Shown: in pieces, positions 45,376 to 54,046 of the stretch
Numbering within the stretch: position 1 is the first letter of the stretch
How the letters are laid out: each line of letters opens with the position of its first letter
From: Gloeobacteraceae cyanobacterium SOY_34_metabat_159
Lineage (GTDB): Bacteria; Cyanobacteriota; Cyanobacteriia; Gloeobacterales; Gloeobacteraceae
Direction: 5' to 3'
Assembly: GCA_031399965.1 (NCBI GenBank)
Contig: JANNPH010000002.1
Location: 7,373-71,372, forward strand
DNA length: 64,000 nt
Notes under the pieces: generated by a model
What the model saw: the letters and a program-made list of their open reading frames with translations, nothing else
What the model was told of the DNA's origin: nothing
Database searches by the model: none
Made by a program: the position numbers and the translations under genes

Positions 45376-46101
45376 ATGATCGTCAGACAGACTCAGACCG
45401 GTTGGGAAATTATCTATCATCGTGCCCACGCTTTGCTGGCCGCTCAGATAGCTGGCCACTGGCGCAGAAGCGAAGCGCCCGCCCGCATCTATGAGACTAT
45501 CGCCGCCATTTCACATCACGACGATCTCGAACGCGAGTGGGAAGGCAACCACCTCACAGAGGCAGGTACCCCCCAGGACTTCATGCTCGACTCCGAGACG
45601 CCAGTCGAGAAGCTCAATGCCCAAGTTGCCTCCGCTCTCTACCGGGGACGGTGGGTCGCCCTGCTCACCTCGATGCACATGAGCCGCCTGAACGGCTCAA
45701 AGCGTGGAGAATCCGCTGAGCTTGATCGCTTTCTAGATGAGCAGAGCGAAAACCAGAAGCGCTGGCGCAAAGAACTGAAAATCTCCAAAGAACCCGTCGA
45801 TGCGGCCTACGCCTTCATGCAGTGGTGCGACCGGCTCTCGCTTATCCTCTGCCAGGGAGAACTACCGGCCGACGAGCGGGCGCTGGAGATTTCAAAAGGG
45901 CCGGATGAACAGCGCTACGACATCGTCCAGTCCGAGGACGGCCTGTTGCGGGTAATGCCCTGGCCTTTTGAAGAGGCACAGTTCGTCGTCGTCGTCGAAG
46001 CAACCTCCCTCACCCAGGTCAGGTTTGACGACAGCGCGAGTCTCACCAAAGCCTTACTCGAAGGCCCCATCAAGACTCTCGAATGGACCTTCGCCCGTTG
46101 A
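45376..46101 (+). CDS. DUF3891-like protein
   Basis: N-terminus MIVRQTQTGWEIIYHRAHALLAAQIAGHW...ISHHD resembles the DUF3891 family. Confidence 0.55.
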   Translation: MIVRQTQTGWEIIYHRAHALLAAQIAGHWRRSEAPARIYETIAAISHHDDLEREWEGNHLTEAGTPQDFMLDSETPVEKLNAQVASALYRGRWVALLTSMHMSRLNGSKRGESAELDRFLDEQSENQKRWRKELKISKEPVDAAYAFMQWCDRLSLILCQGELPADERALEISKGPDEQRYDIVQSEDGLLRVMPWPFEEAQFVVVVEATSLTQVRFDDSASLTKALLEGPIKTLEWTFAR

Positions 46102-46137
46102 CCTGGCTTTAAAAATCGGTCCATGTAGAGTAGACAG

Positions 46138-47061
46138 CTACTGCCCAGTTTTCGCCTGTTCCAGCCTCAGCCGCTCCTGCAACCGGCGATTGGCCATACT
46201 CGCGTATGTGCGGCAGCCCTGAGCGTCGATGAATGGATTGACGGCTGAGCCTTTTTGACGGCGTTCCAGTTTCTCAAACAGTTCGGAAAAATCTGGGTGA
46301 ACGCTCAACAGGATGTCACAGGACAGGTTGCCGACCTGGGCAATGCTCCGTTCAAATTGGCCGGAGATATCTGGGTGTCGACTATCCCCGGTGAAGCGGA
46401 AATCCGCAGCGGAAACCGGGTTGAGGCTATCTGCATACACCACGGACACGCATTTCTGCTCGCAGGACTGCCAGGTCCAGGTGGTGCTGCCGGGGGTGTG
46501 GCCGGGGGTGAGGTGGGCGGTCACCGACACATCGCCCAAGGACACTTTCTCGCCATTCTGCACCACCCGCACTTGCGGCACCTTTGGAAAGCCGGCGTTT
46601 TCGAATTTGTCGTACTGGGGGTCGTCTGGACCTGGTTGCCCATCCTGAAGAGCCTGTGCTCCGAGAGTACTGGCAATCACGACGGCACCACTGTCCCGCT
46701 GCAGCCCGGCGATGCCGCCGGCATGGTCATAGTGGGCGTGGGAATTCAAAATCAACCGGACATCTTCGATTCGAAAGCCCAGTTTCCGGATATTCGCTTC
46801 GATGAGGGGAATCGACTGGGGCAGGCCACCGTCCAAGAGGATCAGGCCCTTTGAGGTTGCAATCAGGACGACGCTCAGCCCGCGCACCCCGACGTAATAA
46901 GTGTTGCCATGCACACGAAAGGGAGCCTGCGGTCGGTTCCAGTCGTTGCATGAGGAGCAGCGAATCGGGGCAACCAGCGCAGTGGTATCTGCCGCAGTCG
47001 CGGGGTTCAGTACCATGGCGGCAAGGACGCAAGCCATAACGCTCGGCAACCAGACTCTCAT
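46138..47061 (-). CDS. Subclass B3-like metallo-beta-lactamase
   Basis: Signal peptide, NSHAHYDHAGG (HxHxDH), downstream TPGHTPG, and SVHPD. Confidence 0.8.
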   Translation of the reverse strand: MRVWLPSVMACVLAAMVLNPATAADTTALVAPIRCSSCNDWNRPQAPFRVHGNTYYVGVRGLSVVLIATSKGLILLDGGLPQSIPLIEANIRKLGFRIEDVRLILNSHAHYDHAGGIAGLQRDSGAVVIASTLGAQALQDGQPGPDDPQYDKFENAGFPKVPQVRVVQNGEKVSLGDVSVTAHLTPGHTPGSTTWTWQSCEQKCVSVVYADSLNPVSAADFRFTGDSRHPDISGQFERSIAQVGNLSCDILLSVHPDFSELFEKLERRQKGSAVNPFIDAQGCRTYASMANRRLQERLRLEQAKTGQ

Positions 47062-47326
47062 TACAGATCCTCCAGGAAGACAGTCAGCTATCTCAGGACA
47101 ACCCTATGCTGGACCCGTGAACTGAGACAGGGATTAATCTCCACTAAGCACGGGAGCAAAAATCCATATCCCTGCATAGAGGACAGCCCTCCCAAAAGCT
47201 GAAGCTCCAACCTTCGTACAGAGAGATGCCGACCAGGCTGTCGCTGGAAGCTTCCCAAAAAGGGACCGTATACCACCTGCCTGGACCGCCTAAAGAAGTA
47301 TGCTTGCCCATGAAGCATTCCAGCAG

Positions 47327-47357
47327 AAAGCGGCTCCCTGGAAGCCAGGAAAGCCGC
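47327..47357 (-). terminator. Hairpin downstream of tRNA-Ser
   Basis: GCGGCT.CCTGG-aag-CCAGG..AGCCGC (47330-47357). On the minus strand it is followed by TTT. Confidence 0.45.
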
Positions 47358-47381
47358 ATAGCGCTTGTCTTATGGGTCTTA

Positions 47382-47473
47382 AGGAGAGAGAGGGATTCGA
47401 ACCCTCGATAGGAAGTTACCTGTCCTATAACAGATTAGCAATCTGTCGCTTTCGACCACTCAGCCATCTCTCC
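47382..47473 (-). tRNA. tRNA-Ser (anticodon GCU)
   Basis: Minus strand: GGAGAGA acceptor, GCTGAGTGGTCGAAAGC D-arm, anticodon stem-loop CAGATTGCTAATCTG (GCT), long variable arm, GAGGGTTCGAATCCCTC T-arm, TCTCTCC. No encoded CCA. Confidence 0.9.
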
Positions 47474-47527
47474 AGCGGATCGCTTAAAAATACTATCACA
47501 CCCACTAATCGGGGTGTGAACCCCCAG

Positions 47528-47574
47528 ACAAAACAACGGCCGGCAAGTACCTTCGAGCCCTGGCCGGGCCGTTG
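47528..47574 (-). terminator. rpsU intrinsic terminator
   Basis: Minus strand: CAACGGCCCGGC ... GCCGGCCGTTG stem with one bulge, followed by TTTTG, about 20 nt after the rpsU stop. Confidence 0.6.
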
Positions 47575-47596
47575 CTTGACTGTTGGCTAGATGCGG

Positions 47597-47770
47597 CTAA
47601 CGGCGGCGTTTGCGGGCCGCTTCCGACTTGCGTTTGCGGCGGGCGCTCGGTTTCTCGTAGCGCTCGCGGCGCTTGATCTCAGAGAGAATACCCGCTTTTT
47701 GGATCTTCTTTTTGAAGCGCTTCAGGGCCGACTCGATCGATTCGTTTTCACCCAGGCGAACTTCGGTCAT
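47597..47770 (-). CDS. rpsU: 30S ribosomal protein S21
   Basis: 57 aa, below the ORF-track cutoff: [57 protein letters not shown]. Confidence 0.9.
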   Translation of the reverse strand: MTEVRLGENESIESALKRFKKKIQKAGILSEIKRRERYEKPSARRKRKSEAARKRRR

Positions 47771-47815
47771 CGCTCAACTCACCTCCTTTGCGCAACTACA
47801 GGTGGACATTCCACC

Positions 47816-48121
47816 CTATTCGTAAACTTCGAGTTGGACATCCTGATCGGCCGCACGGGCAGCACATTCAAGGACGCTCCGGATAGCGTTGATGGTTCGG
47901 CCACCGCGGCCGAAAACCCGGCCCTTGTCGAGCGGGGCAAAGGCAACCCGCAGGCGGACCTTGCGGCCGCCAAGGGTCTTTTCGGCGCTGATCACGAGCT
48001 TTTCAGGCATATCGAGCAATGGCTGGATCAAAAAGACCGCCAGGGCTCGATAGTCCGGAAAAGTGTGGGTGGGCTCAGAACTAGTCACCGGTCGTCTCGG
48101 GTGAGGAGTATACCTGGGCAC
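47816..48121 (-). CDS. KH-domain RNA-binding protein (YlqC-like)
   Basis: [15 protein letters not shown]...[18 protein letters not shown] (GxxG KH motif). It sits in the usual position after rpsP. The start is uncertain because it overlaps the rpsP end. Confidence 0.8.
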   Translation of the reverse strand: MPRYTPHPRRPVTSSEPTHTFPDYRALAVFLIQPLLDMPEKLVISAEKTLGGRKVRLRVAFAPLDKGRVFGRGGRTINAIRSVLECAARAADQDVQLEVYE

Positions 48122-48341
48122 GGGTCAAAATGCCGCGCACGGTCTCAGAGGGCTGGGCGCCGGTTGAGAGCCATTTGCGGGCGGCTTCGACGTCGATTCG
48201 GACAGCCGTCTGGCCTTTTTCGACGTTGGCGCGTGGGTCGTAGAAACCGATCTCCTCGATGACGGCACCGTCCCGCCGGGCGCGGCTATCGGTGACGACA
48301 ATGCGGTAGACGGGCTTTTTCTTCGCGCCGATACGCTTCAA
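48081..48341 (-). CDS. rpsP: 30S ribosomal protein S16
   Basis: [24 protein letters not shown]. The true start is probably a near-cognate codon a few codons upstream (see findings). Confidence 0.9.
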   Translation of the reverse strand: MKRIGAKKKPVYRIVVTDSRARRDGAVIEEIGFYDPRANVEKGQTAVRIDVEAARKWLSTGAQPSETVRGILTRAQVYSSPETTGD

Positions 48342-48389
48342 GCGAATTGCAACAGCGATCGCTATTCACCTCCTTAAATATCGATAGTT

Positions 48390-49889
48390 TTAACGAGATC
48401 CCCCGAATCCTTTGCCCTTTTTCTTGCCTTTGGAGGGCTTAGGGGGCTTGGGAGGAGTGGGTTTTTTCGGGGAAGACTGTTGGCCGCGCCAGCCGGGGCC
48501 AAGCGACGGATTGGGGCCGGGCGGCATCTGGCGACCACCGCCGCCACCGCCGCCGAAAAGGTTGCCGAGGCCGCCCATGCCACCGCCCGGCCCACCGCCA
48601 CCCATCATTTTCATCATCTGGCGCATGCGGCCGAAATCGTTGAGGAGCTTGCCGACATCTTCAAGACCGACGCCGGAACCCCTGGCGATGCGGCGCTTGC
48701 GCGAGACATTGATGAGGTCGGGGTTGCAGCGCTCTGCTTTGGTCATGGAACCAATCATCGCCTCGGCGCGCTTGAGCTGGACTTCGCCCTGGCGTACCTG
48801 GTCGTCGGTGATCTTGCCCATGCCGGGCATCATCTTGAGGAGACCACCGAGCGAGCCCATGTTTTTAATCATGCGCATCTGCTTGATGAAATCCTCAAAG
48901 TCAAACTGCGCCGAGAGCAGCTTCTGCTCCATCTTGGCAGCGTCGGCAAAGTCGATCTCTTCCTGGGCTTTCTCAACCAGGGTCAGCACGTCGCCCATAC
49001 CGAGAATGCGCGAGGCCATGCGCTCAGGGTAAAAAGGCTGAAGGGCTTCCACCTTCTCTCCGACACCGACGAACTTAATGGGCTGACCTGAAATCTTGCG
49101 CACCGAGAGTGCCGCCCCACCCCGCGTGTCGCCGTCGAGCTTGGTGAGGATAGCACCGGTAATACCGAGGCGGTCGTGAAAGGCACGGGTCAGGTTTGCC
49201 GCTTCCTGGCCGGTCATCGCATCGACAACCAGTAAAATCTCATCCGGATCGACGGCTGCCTTGATGCGCTCAAGTTCTGCCATCATCGCGTCGTCTATCG
49301 AAAGGCGACCGGCCGTATCGATGATGAGCGTGTCGTGGTTGCCTTCAATGGCTCGTTCTAGAGCGTGGCGGGCAATATCCACCGGGTCGGCGTCAGAGCC
49401 CTCGGCAAAGACCGGTACTTTGATCTGGCCGCCCAGGGTCTGCAACTGGTCGATGGCTGCCGGGCGGTAGACGTCAGCAGCGGCGAGCAGCGGCTTCTTG
49501 CCGTTTTTCTGTAAATAGAGTGCGAGCTTGGCGGTCGCAGTCGTTTTACCGGTTCCTTGCAAGCCTGCCATCAGGATCACAGCCGGTCGGCCGGAGCGTT
49601 TGGCCTCGGCAAGCGGCACGTTTTCGTCGCCCATCAGGGCGACAAGCTGGTCGTAGACGATCTTGATGAATTGCTGATCGGGCGAGACGCCGCTCACCAC
49701 TTCAGAGCCAAGGGCGTCGTCGCGGACATCGGCGATGAACTCTTTGGCAACCTGCAAGTTGACGTCCGCTTCCAGTAGCGCACGCCGAACATCGCGCAGA
49801 GCTTCGTCGATGTTGCTCTCGCTAATACGGTCCTGGCCGCGCAGTTTGCGCCAGGCACCTTCTAATTTTTCACTGAGCGCTTCAAACAT
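48390..49889 (-). CDS. ffh: Signal recognition particle protein Ffh
   Basis: MFEALSEKL..., GLQGTGKTT, DTAGR, TKLDGDTRGG, a Met-rich M domain, and a Gly/Pro/Lys-rich tail. Confidence 0.95.
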   Translation of the reverse strand: MFEALSEKLEGAWRKLRGQDRISESNIDEALRDVRRALLEADVNLQVAKEFIADVRDDALGSEVVSGVSPDQQFIKIVYDQLVALMGDENVPLAEAKRSGRPAVILMAGLQGTGKTTATAKLALYLQKNGKKPLLAAADVYRPAAIDQLQTLGGQIKVPVFAEGSDADPVDIARHALERAIEGNHDTLIIDTAGRLSIDDAMMAELERIKAAVDPDEILLVVDAMTGQEAANLTRAFHDRLGITGAILTKLDGDTRGGAALSVRKISGQPIKFVGVGEKVEALQPFYPERMASRILGMGDVLTLVEKAQEEIDFADAAKMEQKLLSAQFDFEDFIKQMRMIKNMGSLGGLLKMMPGMGKITDDQVRQGEVQLKRAEAMIGSMTKAERCNPDLINVSRKRRIARGSGVGLEDVGKLLNDFGRMRQMMKMMGGGGPGGGMGGLGNLFGGGGGGGRQMPPGPNPSLGPGWRGQQSSPKKPTPPKPPKPSKGKKKGKGFGGSR

Positions 49890-50105
49890 TGGGTCTTGCA
49901 AGGCAGATTGCTAGTATCGCACGAAAAAAATCTCCCCAGCAAGTCCTGGCGACCGCACAGGCGGCTGGTCAGTTTCACTTCTGGAAATCGCTGTTCGCTG
50001 ATTGTAAAGATTTTCGACTTCAGGAGGCGTATTTCAGCAGGTGGATGTGGAGTTGGGTAGAAATCTCTAACATCTAGACATAATCGTTTGCCAGGAGATA
50101 GCAAC

Positions 50106-50267
50106 ATGTTGAACTTGCTCTGGACCGTTGTTGTATTGATGGTCATCGCAGCACTGCTCGGTTTCGGCGGCGTGGTTTCCGCACTGCAGAGCGTTGCCTG
50201 GTTCTTAATCGTGGGCGCGTTCGTGCTTGCGCTACTCGGGTTTATCAGCGGTCGTCGCGTCGTCTAG
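50106..50267 (+). CDS. DUF1328 (UPF0391) small membrane protein
   Basis: 53 aa, below the ORF-track cutoff: MLNLLWTVVVLMVIAALLGFGGVVSALQSVAWFLIVGAFVLALLGFISGRRVV. An AGGAG lies 8 nt upstream. Confidence 0.8.
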   Translation: MLNLLWTVVVLMVIAALLGFGGVVSALQSVAWFLIVGAFVLALLGFISGRRVV

Positions 50268-50442
50268 AAGTACACCAGTCCTGGTTGAGATATGCAGCAC
50301 GTAGACCAGATGCGACGGCCTTGAAATTAGCTACTCCTGCAATGTTATGAAAGTAAGCCGTCGCGGGCTGGTCAGCAGTTACGACTCTTACTTGATTGTG
50401 GTGCTGGGACTGATTGCCTGAACCTGTTGACTCAATTATCTG

Positions 50443-50476
50443 GAAGCGTTCGAGATCTGTGGATCTCGAACGCTTC
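50443..50476. terminator. Perfect 15-bp hairpin between convergent genes
   Basis: gaagcgttcgagatc-tgtg-gatctcgaacgcttc. It lies between the DUF1328 gene (+) and the 50500 membrane-protein gene (-). The flanking T/A tracts are weak. Confidence 0.6.
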
Positions 50477-50499
50477 TAAAATTTCAGGCCTCAGTTGAA

Positions 50500-50979
50500 C
50501 TATCTGAAAATCCCGGCAAGCCAGGCTGTAAGCGGTGTGGAGGCGGCACCAGCCACAACCGACACAATCGCTCCGACAACGGCAGAAAAAATAGCAAGGG
50601 CGAAATCGCTCCTCTTTCTGCTGAGCAATAAACCAATGGAGAGATTGTCCTGGGGAGTGTTCGCAAGCATATTGCGATTGTATGAATTGGCTTCAGGTCC
50701 TTTCACAGTCGGTTTCCAGATGACGATAGTGACAACCGTCGCCCCGGCAATCAGACTGAATGGTAATAGGCCCCCGCTCTCGGTGACCAGGGCAAGTGGG
50801 ATGCAAATACCCAGAGCCGGCAGTAAAGTTTTCCAGACTGTACTCGTCACCTGAATGCGCAGGTCCTGATCGCTCTTCAGCGCCTGATCGGGAAGTCCAA
50901 CAAGCGCGCCAGGATCTTGCGGTCTTTGAGAAGCAGGCATCACCATCATCTCGCATCCAATTCGAGTAGATTCTATCAT
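50500..50979 (-). CDS. Membrane protein (hypothetical)
   Basis: C-terminal hydrophobic helices (LLPALGICIPLALV; AIFSAVVGAIVSVVAGAA). The start is uncertain, and the longer track ORF overlaps the next gene. Confidence 0.4.
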   Translation of the reverse strand: MIESTRIGCEMMVMPASQRPQDPGALVGLPDQALKSDQDLRIQVTSTVWKTLLPALGICIPLALVTESGGLLPFSLIAGATVVTIVIWKPTVKGPEANSYNRNMLANTPQDNLSIGLLLSRKRSDFALAIFSAVVGAIVSVVAGAASTPLTAWLAGIFR

Positions 50980-51010
50980 TGCGACCCCAGACATTCGCCA
51001 GGGAGCAGTA

Positions 51011-52111
51011 GTGAGCCACCTTTGTGTAGTCCCGGTCACTATTTCACGAGTGCATGGCACAAACAGAGGGAGCAGGCATGATAGATTTTTTGAATCTGCC
51101 AGGTTTGAGGCTTTGAGCGCGAAAGCTGAACTGCACCAACTTATTGACCGCTTCGCGGGCCGTTCTGTCCTGGTCATCGGCGACTTGACCCTCGATGAAT
51201 TTATGACCGGTCAGGCCGAACGCATTTCTCGCGAGGGTCCGGTCTTGATCTTGCGCCACGAGCATACGCGCCAGGTACCGGGTGGGGCTGCCAACGCCGC
51301 CTACAACCTGGCAAAACTTGGAGCGCAGGTGTCTCTGGTCGGGGTGGTTGGCGCTGACCTGCAGGCCCAAGCGCTGACCCGGCTACTGGCCGAGGCAGGC
51401 ATCGACACGACGGGGCTCGTTACAGACCCCGAGCGTCCGACAGTCACCAAGACCCGCATCGCCGCCCATAGTCGCCAGTCGGTCACCCAGCAGGTGGTGC
51501 GCATCGACCGCAAATCGGACCTGCCGGTAACGGATCTGCTGGCTGAAGCCCTCTCTGGGGCAATCGCACGCCTGGCCTCAGCCTCAGCCGCCGTGGTCTG
51601 CTCTGACTACCTTGAAGGGGTGCTGGCCGAGCGCACGATCGCAGCCGCCCTGGAGCACGAGCGGGTGATCGTCGATACCCATTCAGCCCTGGAACGCTAT
51701 CGGGGTGCCTTTATCTTTACGCCAAACCTGCCGGAGGCAGAGGCGGCAGTCGGCTACTCGCTCGCGACTGAGGCGACCCTCGCCCGCGCCGGTGACGATT
51801 TGCTCGCGAAGACTGGGGCCAAACACGTCCTGGTCACTCGCGGCGAGGACGGCATGACGCTCTTTACTCAGGGTGAAGCAAGCCGACACATCCCCGCCTT
51901 CAACCGCACCCAGGTCTTCGATGTGACCGGTGCGGGCGATACAGTGGTGGCGGCTCTCACCCTGGCTCTGACCAGCGGCGGCAGTGCCTACCAGGCGGCA
52001 ATCCTGGGGAACCTGGCGGCCAGTATCGTCGTGCGCCAGTTCGGGACGGCCACGACCGACATCGCCACACTCCATGCCCACCTCGAGGAGCTTTCGTGGA
52101 TAGACGGGTGA
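51011..52111 (+). CDS. hldA: D-beta-D-heptose 7-phosphate kinase (RfaE domain I, PfkB family)
   Basis: VLVIGDLTLDEF, GGAANAAYNL and FDVTGAGDTVVAAL. The start codon is uncertain. Confidence 0.8.
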   Translation: MSHLCVVPVTISRVHGTNRGSRHDRFFESARFEALSAKAELHQLIDRFAGRSVLVIGDLTLDEFMTGQAERISREGPVLILRHEHTRQVPGGAANAAYNLAKLGAQVSLVGVVGADLQAQALTRLLAEAGIDTTGLVTDPERPTVTKTRIAAHSRQSVTQQVVRIDRKSDLPVTDLLAEALSGAIARLASASAAVVCSDYLEGVLAERTIAAALEHERVIVDTHSALERYRGAFIFTPNLPEAEAAVGYSLATEATLARAGDDLLAKTGAKHVLVTRGEDGMTLFTQGEASRHIPAFNRTQVFDVTGAGDTVVAALTLALTSGGSAYQAAILGNLAASIVVRQFGTATTDIATLHAHLEELSWIDG

Positions 52112-52608
52112 TGACACTCTCGCAACTGCAAGCCCAGATTGCCGCCGAACCGGAGCGTTGGCGACCCCTGGTGCTCACCAACGGCTGCTTTGACATTCTG
52201 CATGCAGGCCACGCCCACTACCTTGCCCAGGCCCGCACCCTTGGCCGCACACTCGTCGTCGGCCTCAACAGCGACCAATCGGTGCGCCGCCTGAAAGGAG
52301 AATCGCGCCCGCTCAACAGTGAGGCTGCGCGTGCGGAGGTGCTTGCCGCCCTCAGAGCTGTGGATGGCGTCGTCATCTTTGAGGAAGCGACGGCAACCGG
52401 CCTGGTGGAGGCCATCAAACCCGATATCTATGTCAAGGGCGGTGACTACCGGGTCGAAGACCTGCCGGAGGCGATTGCCGTGGAGAAGAATGGGGGACGA
52501 GTAGCACTGGTGCCGGTGACCTGGCAGGTCTCGACGACTGCTCTAGTCGAACGCATCCGGGCCTCGACCGGGAAAAGCTTCACTGCGGATTCTTGCGGAC
52601 CTCACTGA
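52111..52608 (+). CDS. hldC: D-beta-D-heptose 1-phosphate adenylyltransferase (RfaE domain II)
   Basis: LTNGCFDILHAGHAHYL (cytidylyltransferase HxGH). Its ATG shares one nt with the kinase stop (GTGATGA). Confidence 0.85.
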   Translation: MTLSQLQAQIAAEPERWRPLVLTNGCFDILHAGHAHYLAQARTLGRTLVVGLNSDQSVRRLKGESRPLNSEAARAEVLAALRAVDGVVIFEEATATGLVEAIKPDIYVKGGDYRVEDLPEAIAVEKNGGRVALVPVTWQVSTTALVERIRASTGKSFTADSCGPH

Positions 52609-52699
52609 CCCTTTACGCAACCGGCCCGGTTTCAATCGAAACTGTGATCACGGGGATCGAATGACAGGAGCGGTTTTACACCAGTCTTCGCTATCCCCA

Positions 52700-52735
52700 G
52701 GCCCGGAAACTGAGAGGCAATCACCGGGCCTTTTT
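52700..52735 (+). terminator. Intrinsic terminator downstream of hldC
   Basis: ggcccgg (52700-52706) pairs with ccgggcc (52724-52730), followed by TTTTT. Confidence 0.5.
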
Positions 52736-52747
52736 CTCTTCTAAACG

Positions 52748-53656
52748 TTACTGAAAGGGCCCTGGCGAGCGCTCGACTTCGGCGAGCAGTTCGGGTAGGC
52801 GGGTACACCACTGGTCGTGGGTGACGCCGTTGCTCGCGATCAGGCCACCCCACAACTGCATGTCGGCCTTGTTGTAGACGAGGGCGGCACCGTCGAAGCG
52901 GCTGACGGTGCCACCTGCTTCCGAAAGCACGATCTGGGGAGCAGCCAGGTCCCATTCTTTGGGGGCGGTGCTGCCCGAGAGCCCGATGTAAATTTCCGCC
53001 TCACCAGCAGCAATCGAGCAGAGCTTGCAACCGAGGCCGCCGCGCACTATCTGCTCTTTTTTGGGCAGGCGGGCGAGCAGGGCATCGAGCCGCCAGTCGC
53101 GGTGGGTGCGGCTGACGATAAAACGGCACTCCTCAAGATTGGCTGTGTCGGTAACTCGCAGCGGGGTCTGGTTGCCAAGGCGGTCTTCGACAAAAGCGCC
53201 GGTGCCGACACGGGCGGAGTAGACCAGGTCTCGGGTCGGCCAGGCGACCGCCCCGAGAATAACCTGGCCGGATTCGACCAGGGCGATGTGCACGGCGAAT
53301 TCGCCGGTACGGTCGATAAAGTCGCGGGTGCCGTCGAGCGGGTCGATCACCCAGACCAGCGGGCGGTCGAAGCGCTCGTTACCGCCCAGGGTCTCCTCGC
53401 TCACGTAGGCAAAGTCCTCTTCCCCGCAGGCGGATTTGAGCTTTTCGAGGATGTAGCGGTCAGCGGCGGTGTCGGCGGTCGTCACCGGCCCGTCAAATTT
53501 TTCGCGCACCTCGGCCGGGTACTTGTAGTGCTGCATCAAGATATCGCCGGCTCCCCAGGCGGTCAGTCGGGCGATATCGAGCAATGATTCGAGCGATCGG
53601 TCCACAAGCAATTCCAGTCCCCGGACAACGAGAAGAAAGCCAAAATACCAGGCCAT
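52748..53656 (-). CDS. Inositol monophosphatase / 3'(2'),5'-bisphosphate nucleotidase family protein
   Basis: Motifs SEE, WVIDPLDGTRDF and WDLAAP. Confidence 0.85.
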   Translation of the reverse strand: MAWYFGFLLVVRGLELLVDRSLESLLDIARLTAWGAGDILMQHYKYPAEVREKFDGPVTTADTAADRYILEKLKSACGEEDFAYVSEETLGGNERFDRPLVWVIDPLDGTRDFIDRTGEFAVHIALVESGQVILGAVAWPTRDLVYSARVGTGAFVEDRLGNQTPLRVTDTANLEECRFIVSRTHRDWRLDALLARLPKKEQIVRGGLGCKLCSIAAGEAEIYIGLSGSTAPKEWDLAAPQIVLSEAGGTVSRFDGAALVYNKADMQLWGGLIASNGVTHDQWCTRLPELLAEVERSPGPFQ

Positions 53657-53722
53657 CTTATCGCTACTGTGAAAACTTCCCGCCGAAGAGCAGAGAATGA
53701 GACAGAATTACCGACTAAAGCG

Positions 53723-54034
53723 ATGAACAACTCGACGCGCCCCATCTTTCCTGACGGTCTACCCCCAGAACTCGAACCCGTCCTCGAAACGATCGTGGCA
53801 GCAGCGGACAAACACACTGGCGAACCGATCGAGTTGTTGCGGATCTTGCGCTTTCTGGAGAATCTGCACCAGTGGCTCAGAGATGGCTACTACATGGAGT
53901 CCCTGCCGACCAGCCGGCAGGAACTCTTTGAACTGTTGCTACTGATGGAGCAGCAGGGCAACTGGCCCAGTCTGCCGCGCACGCAACTGCACACCTTGCT
54001 GACCCAGCTTTACAGACCCGAACTATCAGACTGA
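53723..54034 (+). CDS. Hypothetical protein
   Basis: ORF starting at Met MNNSTRPIF. No family recognised. Confidence 0.45.
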   Translation: MNNSTRPIFPDGLPPELEPVLETIVAAADKHTGEPIELLRILRFLENLHQWLRDGYYMESLPTSRQELFELLLLMEQQGNWPSLPRTQLHTLLTQLYRPELSD

Positions 54035-54046
54035 GCGGGCTACAGC

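Noticed and set aside
39250-47381. An attachment-site duplicate of the tRNA-Ser 3' end that would delimit a genomic island.
   Set aside because: I looked for gagagagggattcgaa-like segments by eye in the intergenic gaps of this block and found none. No integrase gene is present either.
47591-48262. 223-aa plus-strand ORF.
   Set aside because: It lies antisense to rpsU, the KH-domain gene and rpsP, which all have unmistakable ribosomal/KH sequences. The translation is Arg/Ala-rich nonsense.
48355-48362. HIP1 palindrome GCGATCGC as evidence for a repeat family.
   Set aside because: I noticed only sporadic single occurrences in the window, which is not enough to call an enrichment without counting.
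48412-49091. Two ~205-aa plus-strand ORFs, one very proline-rich.
   Set aside because: They are antisense to ffh. The proline run mirrors the Gly-rich Ffh tail.
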